Shown here piece by piece: positions 36,401 to 38,806 of a stretch of 64,000 nt of DNA (the stretch's first letter is position 1; each line of letters begins with the position of its first letter). The stretch is taken from positions 32,001 through 96,000 of the IMG/VR virus record IMGVR_UViG_3300027747_003534; one strand, written 5' to 3'. A model generated the notes under the pieces. It saw only the letters and a list, made by a program, of their open reading frames with translations, made no database searches and had not been told where the DNA came from. The position numbers were made by a program, and so were the translations under genes. Source of the DNA: a virus.

Positions 36401-38806
36401 GGAGGGGTAATTTATTCTGCTAATGGAGGTTTAGTAGGATTACTAAGACGAAAAAATGTTAATAGGATGGAAAACAAAGCACAAAGTACTAATGAAAGCA
36501 ATTCTTGGATAGGTGTTAATGGTGATGGGAAGCCTATGGATAAATTTGGCATGCCTATAGATAATTTAATGGATATTTATCCTTCTGATATTATGTTGGT
36601 TAATGCTCAGTCTAGGGAAAAAGCTTTGGAAGATATCCAAGCAAATACTAACTTTGATAAGGTAAAAGATACAGTACAAAAAGCCTCAGTCTTATGGCGA
36701 AAACAAAAATTAAACTTAGATGAAAATAATAATCGCAAAAGTGATAGTGATATTGTCTTAGACGAGCTAATATATCAAATAGCTTTTGAACCTAAAAGAT
36801 TTGATAAAAATAGCTATAGTTCAGATGCCGATGATACCGTTCTTGCGAAAGCAAAAAAGATAATGGAGGAAATCAATGGAACTGGAGGAGCAGTGCCTCC
36901 CGGAGCTGTTCCAAATGCTAATTTGCAGCTAACCAACACACAACTCTTACAAACTCAGAGAGTTAGTGATAGAATTTGGGAAAGAACAAGTTATTTAAAA
37001 CAAATTGTAAATAATACACAAAATGCGATAGATGTCTTAGGCCATAATCAAGCTAATAACGAAAAAAGAAATATTTTTGATGGAACAACTGTAGACGGAA
37101 CATCACAGTTTGACCCAGCAGCCATTGGAATATCTAATACGACAAATAAGCAAGGGACACAAGTCTTACAATCTCAAAATGATTGGGCAAAAAAAGAATT
37201 AGATTATATAAAAGCTGTTCGTGAGGAGATTATGACTCTCTCAACTCCAGAACAAAGAGCTAATTTAGCTCAAATGCCTAGACCGCCAGAAGTATTATAT
37301 GATGAGACAACACCTATCCCAATGAGATTTAATAGAGGTGGCGTTGTTTATGCTCAAGATGGATTTGATGCATCAAAGCTGCCTATTAATAAAAATAAAG
37401 GTGGTATAATTTATGCTTCACAAGGAACACTAGTAAACTATCAGCCTCGCGGCACCGATACTGTTCCTGCTATGCTAACACCAGGAGAATTTGTTGTTAA
37501 TGCTAAGGCTACGTCTAAAAATTTATCATTACTACAATCTATAAATAATGGAGTCCAGGGATATTCTAATGGAGGAGTGATTGATCCTATCTATAGGCCA
37601 AGGGGTGGATATACCCCACCAAGACCACCAAAACAAACATTAGAACAAAGACAACAAGCATACCAAGATCGTAGAGCAGCTGAAAAAACTGCTCGTGAAG
37701 ATAGAGCAACAGCTAGAAAAAATAAAACTACTTCATATGATCAAATGTTAAACGCTAGGGAAGAGGCTTACAGAGCCAACGTAGACGCTAGGGCAGATAA
37801 TAATAGATCTCCATTAGTAAAAATCTTCGAGGAACTAGAAAAACAAGTAAATGCTAATCCAGATAAATTTGAACTAGTTATGCCTGGCTCTGTTAGATCA
37901 GCTCTTGATGAGGATAAAGATGCGAAAGCAAAATCAGAATTCTATGAACAGCATTTTATGTCTTTGTCTCCAGAAGATGTATATAAGGCCGCTAAGGAGA
38001 TGTACTTAAAAGATCAAAGACAATTTAAATATTTAGAAGGTATTTATAATAGATCTAAACAAGCATTATTTCAATTTAGTAGATATCCTGCAATAGGAGG
38101 TAGAATAGTTGGCACAAGTGGTAAAACTGCCTTAGCAATACTTTCCAAGCAAGTTGAAGCAGCACATGCTCAGGGCTTAGTATTAGATAATGCTTGGAAA
38201 ATTTTAGGTCAAAAACATCCAGAATTTTTAGCCCAAAATAGCAATCGTCAAAATGCTGCTGGCCATGCCTCTGGAGGAATAATTTATGCTAATAATGGAA
38301 TGCTAATTCCTTATCAACCAAGGGGTAGTGATACTGTCCCCGCCATGTTAACGCCCGGAGAGTTTGTAGTCAATAAACAGGCAGCTCAAAATAATTTAGA
38401 TTTATTACAACAAATTAATAGTAAGAAATATAATCAAGGAGGCCATGTAGTCTATAAAGAAGCTGGAGGGCCAATACAACTTAAAAAACCAATATATAGA
38501 GCTAATGGGGGCATGACCGATGAAACTTCTGGAGGAGGCGGTGGTGTATCTAATAATAAAGATATGGGCCTAAATTTTGATGGATTAAGTCAGTTTACAG
38601 CAACATTTGGCAAGTTTATTCAACAACTAAATAGCCTAAAATTACCAGAAGTTATTAATATTCAAGGAAATCATAAAGTTGATGTTGTCATTAACGGAGC
38701 CGGAGCATTACAAGGTATGCAAGAAGGTATTAGAAACATGATTGTGGGAGAAGTTAATAAAGCCATGAGTAGCATAAGCAAACAAACAGATGGAGCAATA
38801 GCATGA
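15422..38806 (+). CDS. Giant tape-measure protein / cargo polyprotein (7794 aa)
   Basis: TP901-type TMP core near the N-terminus (FIDFDLQMTRISQVTG...LAQAGL...ETIATGLRTIFTRI); synteny tube-chaperones-TMP-baseplate; 11 DTVPAMLTPGEFV-type modules; embedded enzyme motifs. Confidence 0.9.
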   Translation: MSKGFNLTAEINLRGPSNIRTVVADIRRQIGSVSADITPVVTRQSVRNVASVIRSQLSNIICDVKIKANTSSLRSIGSDIRRQLSGVSANINVRANQSSIRTMAADIRRQLGSINANVNVRFNTTAVTTYSNNLRGLNANLNQIITSATNATGAINALAAAMRSASAAGSAINNTAINVGNVSRAANNTRNSITLASNEMVEFGRQSGLAFRRFSAITTVTSVIYGLTNAVSQGVKSFIDFDLQMTRISQVTGDSRNKLADVANTITDLSTKLGVSSNELTTTTVTLAQAGLTAKDTATALKALALSALAPSFDDMNQTVEGSIALMRQFGIGANQLEMALGSVNAVSAKFAVEASDIITAIQRTGGVFAAASRGVSTGTEALNEFIAVFTSIRATTRESAETIATGLRTIFTRIQRAGTIEALQEFGVTLTDLEGKFVGPYIAVQRLSEGLSRLDPRDLKFSQIVEELGGFRQIGKVLPLIQQFATAQDALKVAQQGQGSLATDAAKGQLALAIQIQKVREEFLALIRSIGDTSSFQNIVKVGLDLASALIKVADATKGVLPLLTLFAAFKGITAATQYIGGFSQGIRGNGGGARRANEGGRIYAFASGGLVPGYGNGDTVSAKLTPGEFVMSKPAAQSIGVGNLHSLNRSRGGSIFPKNYYQGGVAALKSLSPGESGNRISDYIDYYENETSKTSKQKTGRKNKLNRQSPKMLRGFQLKDNVNSDIERRVIGESEIKEAVANNANFRRYINSRAAKDKSREFYAAQGVAFEEFLFQHILEGKQYEKAPKNNYPLDFIPKTPGLPPVEAKFTYEQVPDAFILNKRLRYNLLRRNNEKISPLTRKQKPDNIQLGPTIVYEMGPGLKNKIFTPNSSESQKRGREERAQKSLLKIDKLGLERNNGGSIQKFGIGGSTDAISTYKATSMKLNRSLMLGTPLTKEEQKNVKDLKKQTTDKLPKQLYSGIGENRLNLIKNQVGDKLPKSVGKSFTLPGFLSTSLDSSIAMEFARQGLLSILTNPKKKGINTNKRVSTDYDLEKEFILPPNSKFKILSAKEERSSARPGSSLMRSKASLNVQQLASGGSIQRFMAGEMVRRTKKERFKKITESDAAKLTASQIITGLTTGQTGPVRVEGMDVGMMRTILGKRNTTPDIQRKKDEILKAYTRRINGEVDQRLGITNQKQAAGLLFGIAGLYGSPFKPTDMVVGDKGELKNITTVQVMGGVPRKKLMDKAGIGIDDLDAYGKDFRKSVKKGAKRLLVSDILSQLGLGKALYADFDKTLVFGADNLPDLQSFNNKRQVGRQLLSEKARLSTLGQKLRDLLLVKPQLSPYVNVLTARPPSTVGLLQAFLKRQNLNIPRSQFTGVGGNNLNESAIAKLKAAELPPGSVFVDDNGKNTKEAELKSKSLKAKGEAGIKVFRYKSARNPLDQPGEDTAAGLAFQESLRGLLSDKRAMAAFAETGGKSIDFPLGLGKRAALFGLKPNIPTDAKRTLNGPSTAKDNITNYLKVRGYNSGGIIQKFETGGATDSLRQYQLRSKDLHSAVISNKPDKTKSNQIKDLDSSMIDSLPKILYSGFKENRRKIIDQDIDPNKDYKSQLMNKTFSFPSFLSTSINYDSAKRFAGSNGGVLHIRPTGKGANVLERTGNKGKSALYDMEAEYLLPRNSRFKINRVLDTTGPLGWRSDWGAPNFLEAEVKSFKNGGNIRRFADAGLVPAPKLIQRGGFKYSLEDIIKAGFTEAQFMKQIPAPGGYGEQWQIGGYGEGSIPMPPSLQPYKAPPSVVQDRVDLARSNVQNRMADAVRRDGRTLRDYEVSSDQKAFKKMRGYAIGGSTQDTVPALVSNGEAFVPPETAKNIGYDKLREMNQADRNGMRSFAGGGISLFKGPGSGTSDSIGPVGLPVGGFVIRAAATKALGLSKGGAVQRFAFGGSPRAVPNISGMSDARALSVVGVTDNVTGQLENLATVLQELGVRSGDSARIIQSGIQATYQQAIRATEADIRRARLAGASAEQISQAENQLADIRRQAQQDIQTRRTLGGLSGNQLQSIESNAQEERDRIRTNTRNRLAARGMSQEDINTRLQENAGAIDRQAYSRASSRAGVNLRANGLTGDDAQRFVRQSMGDPRILRQMDDQLRQQLRSSTAYTTASRTQQRQMSQSVEEEIRTRKDIVNKLARQRGQQAPGGDQRGNFGGMLGLSFGLQGIGSLLAQQINASASSSNASTAGAIQGGVTGLATGGMLVGGLQDMLGSRLSPAVSKLLGGFGLLATLAASVGQAFIEARNAAIEFEKNFQQKKLETAISDSQQLFEKLNTNIKNVDIQRSLASKLAEAGEAAKAGIEANNKLAKAFWVNLFDAFGSADQGAASQRSEILDKKGIMAYFRSTDLFGGGDKGRSKEYQSLIPEKARENSKSFAETSKLTTDLIGAKIQSGSSVEDIFKDPAWKKQAEVIARANAAVEQEILSIKNNANISDVEKEARINNIIAINAEQTIRQQASVIERQQQLKSLDNTINVYTRSLERMFQNMEQSIGRASFSLEQMSKDIDLASDSLQGQAKVGNIALTAINALQNPRAYSDQTVSNSRNVAAESFGIRSPEMVSLLGVGEKIESTVMSTINKSVNKNPGITEEALGSIVGRDVKEALANLSLPPDLVEKLSGEVGNVLKDFKKSGDEKLDYTQLSEKLGQLNKVVDSSRRAQEVAIKALEHYQNALNVYTQNINKTIDLQISANQRLRKATDIVADSELSLAKTLGKNISLENARTMVNSKVSAKTGGATNPNDIFDSINKLENTRVVQQAEQRSAGERGLSGQADFIKFTKNLSDTNIGLRENIDALKYLADNTDIAASAMEKIQEAQQKSSGRASFIEKLVTSTPEELNGLSSAFQRLQNNANGQINTINRSTGAQRAYYEALQNGASMMEAMKAAQAAFVNERKETLGALNDILPFLGNNQQAGNIKANVLESMLQESGMGVSPVFQQILNTLRNPELDPATQAAIAEYREGNNLQARANSLLAQLDSNLARDIANQSAKALANALSDVKINFEGSELKDLVNLVQQINGKLPLGAAPAAGKASGGVIYAAAGRAIDFKSQGTDTVPAMLTPGEFVVNRAATQSHLPLLNAINSNKYSSGGAVRYYSSGGYVSQNFKEEYKKNSDDLVQSKEKYIDPRSAAFREVKSVYAGPDKFVRGAQPKTIMAPVATASSGRASLDSIKSEDGINNLYLGEAPAILVEKNAHNQDVFNYGVINRPRAHLLDPLGSVVDKPFDTKNITKNKFIEYKNSFNQKLINSDLDSSTIVSSMPAVNDIKDIPESLISDQFYSPNVISNLPVGMIVTRNKTLGALSWNKESTEHAKVLKIYRLASDYADVSVVSNEDQGYYKIKSDLKMSDSSAQDRIKILTGDNSWITEKDNIKNIIKTQELNLKDLKQTQTFTSVDPDPTNPVFNNLFKAEDPNLSNLRQKLEILYSGAEGISLTGNELNFFNPSALSEDKENNITLLHVLNSKYKPILDKSLNSKQQADKIKTTFPKLMVGGAGLNNLPDADYKWARGYEFGIYDVADMGKMKTFPWVANEDPSVISQDIQAAIDNQAEQLKTKYGISTKPVSDFGSYKLKLPNPIGDVDLPYHMQYTEYTGPQIATDPSKADPNGFNLGANLNKALLITPNNKNPLSPYSQFKKYAQSTAYVDKILTGDEIFDKSHIELDKIPDFTTLAKGNIDRNQRDQLKQNLKGVQYSIDLDSLIDHTNHPILKNIPLFEDSPPNKQSYVFNIGEYLSTVADKVFTDRDNAAIKSVGEIDDKGQLADDTIKDNKLPDAVKNLARLSLGVFGRKRVPGLPGNWLYNSIRGIIQKPFKNSGVAQQAAGYTSGIFNNFGGYLSKLAPMTRNPNIYQQLKELFTLGSGAAMAFTGLASGDTRMIGQFQKLNLNAEDLFRSLGGASLFGRISSTALSGDYKAILGQQLEGAKIKTVGANGTLSLVSADKAIPEKYNDLVNIAFNPYNEFPSKDTRKDIIEKLTTDMINATDQVGMSYFDPNTQRFLYGNMTSLYNWYGGNGAWEGQDYFFDKNVDPDNAKRTQQVIDSFSGQDGQDAYTKGNIAHTTLGFASRYGSLPTDKWFVQRREAGLNAEARAVTDPNASKDPLRFATGGVVYAQEGQHINFQPRGTDTVPAMLTPGEFVINKAATQSNLPLLHAINNGGAKAYSNGGPVYLARGGLTVKEHFKPLDTNIFDSLDIDKNSILEDNEMPKNSILRYMADYRKGADNKLTKKELEEYNTDYDSHIDNYLSLDAQKKYNNINPQKQKLNGSFQLNNGDRISQIQFIQTYEAANKIGKQKSKWGARNTLEENFYSGDPNYPFSQATYDLEAHNNKLRLGVGPFNSKAFGYGVAQQIIPALLSLAGGGVGFALTAPFTPAAQIGGTIGGAIVGDQIGQVINEMIYNGFPSSWKKDINKKIEKYPESYEIGQWTGFAADIAMGGFADDFITKSASGLVKKKLTRQAIDEAIKSGSSLNKLIQVGNDTIPIEKTVDDLAESTGKEAASNSKKVNKSKSKKSEKAENKAKIDSLLKNMKIIGDEYNSKIGEAYNKGILRKYDSLAAGDIASAIQKTGDVRNQAAKFHFDDLLKSSPDYVDPSLLTKLTDNSPIYIAAQSQAKETFSRLGIDVSDDFGKLDANKMFDEYFNKEYDILSKNPLNEAAARQKQSILDEIAQKYDIDPSDFKRLKDKLDDIAVRPRRPGFKTIYGLTKTAIMIARMIKDRKIEQKKAQPYDMPEAQTVPAVADKAEAAASPNKDEPKTAETTPPKPQVVKPKDVGNLPKYWDELSYKEYLDTLIKSGKNPEIPDKKLFTTSAIYTKGKRTTALDSRDTTGIVGGNRVSLPKDPKEKAKLDAQINNIGQKLYTSSEIAYDSYSRLVTGKNKNIPLGDIIKGDLIDNYRQSIESMHELMSITNLDKFGTINFKLDKPLPGQSSNKKLGDIIDTLKAVRKGYKNDIVPSLVNEDAEPKEGETPEDANKRTQRSVVIDDSILDLFGRKFAPITETRPDAVPDNGKKFTGREVSDTARENDKFPFRTRITGAKGINSQYKSAYSYYRRILGEYNYHKNIGKLDRYIKGYKTTATVARTLASGGIVYASTGALIPYAPKGTDTVPAMLTPGEFVVNARSTAKNLPLLKSINNGGVQGLSSGGVAYLSRGGQPNDVSYGRFELSDDQAQFSHRSINPLTGNRTPENGDDLDKKYRINSGIYDYLTLRTTMPDWLTSLNNLSFDDNSMRFFSDASFYKTLTQIREANDLRSLQSLSYNFVKGFKYRDYNKDNRLTGFDFTSHLSKTDGILGLIDPDVGGDLQPKDLVKWTTTKAKLQAKSSAARVVKNLTPDLENLRDILSDQKPMGKNNNPEFKNRNHYESPAALLNSTVSEWKKQRQQQKNRVNLRQEELTESKDGRQITMPPHLNMNFDEINVADVVKDILAKKKTPYTENLVSWLENNVKTVSEKVADLVPVPKASEEWDAADAERPRVILDLIKNGPEAFMTGLKGETKEGKSKSLIYSLLAQSARIQGINNLIKARSLFSGSETSVRKGETNFTGDMARRDRNLVYKDQTRTPENFEERENNVSRSGQVKTLTPADNSAIPGSGPNGEQTSDERRETSNRARMANGRGNSAIRGIELWDTNRDGKISFEEWNQFRPEKEPELQRFFGASTFDALMGAYSSALKGLGLRDKNATDNFKPRTLKDYFKNIDKDNTGYIEQHEFSDMVGKPLEYLDIETDREAKELGDTLGTQRDPRGAQKLAYDKIDRTTISSVKNLLKQDFKELYPVSFSKASHFSEREVIQPQIDALRKITGVSELDKINKRTILANIGSSLNKDNSDWGLSPKVEENLGNVMVKIKQDSLLFPGVVNKAYTQGLATPQDLLHNPDINYEKTLKRSGIPEDIFKTIWQDYKPVSKFDNPNSKDSLDKIYKLNNELNSQEIGEDKERTTAAALSQKSNAKKRSAKKELTKNTLIEQLLVKAKYFEPDVYNKLWRGQYKDYYDVPDPTLARHVDMYNTLIPSGETGRLSKPSADQEKEYRNRLKDISKNPIYANKGMLIPYQPRGTDTVPAMLTPGEFVINRAATQQNLPLLHAINSGAKTYSSGGIVYAANGDLIGSSNSSSNSDLSKISAVASLVPKILSKVKDSDKIKSNLDTINNNVILNHKQGKILNDKISLLNNKIDMGLGDIQENIPTDNYLSNIPNYFSNNLSRSSSYGLNHGGIVYAANGKLVNYQPQGTDTIPAMLTPGEFVVNARATSANLPLLQTINKSKGGIAYLQQGGLPNNRDFLENNRDLQRFTSRIGLKAARDIINHKDMYDIFNNNMFHEDLDVDAKIVESKRYIDSHITDRSKIAARELVKQRIRQRQRYLDQIFTANRFTLDEISFGGRDRELRYTLFGIELKEILTTQWRNAQGENYRLQDVIEGINPSRPPSFFNNGGVVYAQDGFDPSKQRMPTLFDLPQDFRKPHKPYKPDVKPKPGLAGASIGAPEKVSATTQRAIDSKVWEQTPQDIPYWFGTRKESETERQQRVIEYGLNENLPEWYKNAGMAWQMVENIAQGWAGTGGAGHQQPRLMQRVKGSRTPLTGQRPNIPVPGYGASNPNTLNDLTTSNVTRPMVRTGDTLDNATTDAGLRRRVSSPKDALQNASTNSMSRPKPISNQDSFGNESTNAGSNPKLQLAPLSSSLGGTTSNSNVSQPAVPSSSSSKGILGKILEYIKKPFVKQQTDEDPRMPVFMTKKPDSVTEGNIQKLLSDRQVGYTGSSLLAGRNAKPGMLKEVDKYLRDAGIDPSSMKFVGSGRESMVFDAGNGKVFKLGYTQNRDVQNILKSPDLEALSLPSDVPGVAGYTGRQNIGPYTVGFQQRTQTLDPEAQKQFQTGNVGAEMQKYLREKGYEWKDAHQGNVGYATDPRFGIPTPMGSLQVIDGDVRPIQAKQKGGMIYASQGTLVNYQPRGTDTVPAMLTPGEFVVNAQATRQNLPLLQSINKSKGGVIYSANGGLVGLLRRKNVNRMENKAQSTNESNSWIGVNGDGKPMDKFGMPIDNLMDIYPSDIMLVNAQSREKALEDIQANTNFDKVKDTVQKASVLWRKQKLNLDENNNRKSDSDIVLDELIYQIAFEPKRFDKNSYSSDADDTVLAKAKKIMEEINGTGGAVPPGAVPNANLQLTNTQLLQTQRVSDRIWERTSYLKQIVNNTQNAIDVLGHNQANNEKRNIFDGTTVDGTSQFDPAAIGISNTTNKQGTQVLQSQNDWAKKELDYIKAVREEIMTLSTPEQRANLAQMPRPPEVLYDETTPIPMRFNRGGVVYAQDGFDASKLPINKNKGGIIYASQGTLVNYQPRGTDTVPAMLTPGEFVVNAKATSKNLSLLQSINNGVQGYSNGGVIDPIYRPRGGYTPPRPPKQTLEQRQQAYQDRRAAEKTAREDRATARKNKTTSYDQMLNAREEAYRANVDARADNNRSPLVKIFEELEKQVNANPDKFELVMPGSVRSALDEDKDAKAKSEFYEQHFMSLSPEDVYKAAKEMYLKDQRQFKYLEGIYNRSKQALFQFSRYPAIGGRIVGTSGKTALAILSKQVEAAHAQGLVLDNAWKILGQKHPEFLAQNSNRQNAAGHASGGIIYANNGMLIPYQPRGSDTVPAMLTPGEFVVNKQAAQNNLDLLQQINSKKYNQGGHVVYKEAGGPIQLKKPIYRANGGMTDETSGGGGGVSNNKDMGLNFDGLSQFTATFGKFIQQLNSLKLPEVINIQGNHKVDVVINGAGALQGMQEGIRNMIVGEVNKAMSSISKQTDGAIA
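15473..15790 (+). repeat. About four 27-aa repeats at the TMP N-terminus
   Basis: IRTVVADIRRQIGSV, VRNVASVIRSQLSNI, LRSIGSDIRRQLSGV, IRTMAADIRRQLGSI. Confidence 0.8.
17720..18010 (+). other. PD-(D/E)xK nuclease-like domain within TMP
   Basis: GVAFEE (17726), YPLDF (17801), VEAK (17843). Confidence 0.6.
18161..18650 (+). other. ADP-ribosyltransferase-like domain 1 within TMP (VIP2/Alt-like)
   Basis: LYSG (18302), FLSTS (18401), EKEFILPPNSKFKI (18530). Confidence 0.8.
19235..19680 (+). other. HAD-superfamily phosphatase domain within TMP
   Basis: Motif I DFDKT (19244), motif II LTAR (19421), a Lys, motif IV FVDD..N (19583). Confidence 0.75.
19715..19945 (+). other. Second PD-(D/E)xK nuclease-like domain within TMP
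   Basis: GLAFQE (19727), IDF (19811), TDAK (19874). Confidence 0.5.
19991..20505 (+). other. ADP-ribosyltransferase-like domain 2 within TMP
   Basis: LYSG (20129), FLSTS (20237), EAEYLLPRNSRFKI (20381). Confidence 0.8.
32363..32615 (+). other. EF-hand pair within TMP
   Basis: Canonical 12-residue loops DTNRDGKISFEE (32363) and DKDNTGYIEQHE (32573). Confidence 0.7.
35750..36225 (+). other. Minimal protein-kinase-like domain within TMP
   Basis: Gly loop GSGRES (35828), VFK (Lys at 35879), catalytic loop DAHQGN (36128), IDG (36206). Confidence 0.7.

Larger units (their letters stand above)
17240..38510 (+). repeat. Dispersed in-frame module x11: xxGG...GTDTVPAMLTPGEFVVN...LxxIN...xxGG
   Basis: Near-identical cores at 24668, 27866, 30794, 33635, 34154, 36296, 37451 and 38324; divergent cores at 17279, 20912 and 21083. 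Confidence 0.95.

Noticed and set aside
17240-38510. Repeated module as inteins
   Set aside because: No N-terminal Cys/Ser nucleophile block, no terminal HN, and too short; the likeness to Hint is only superficial.
24600-38510. TMP repeats as a mis-assembly artefact
   Set aside because: Copies differ at many synonymous sites, intervening segments are unique, and the frame stays open for 23 kb. Long reads would still be the definitive check.
24600-38510. CRISPR-like array (repeats with unique spacers)
   Set aside because: The repeats are protein-coding and degenerate at the DNA level, spacers are 0.3-3 kb, and there are no cas genes.
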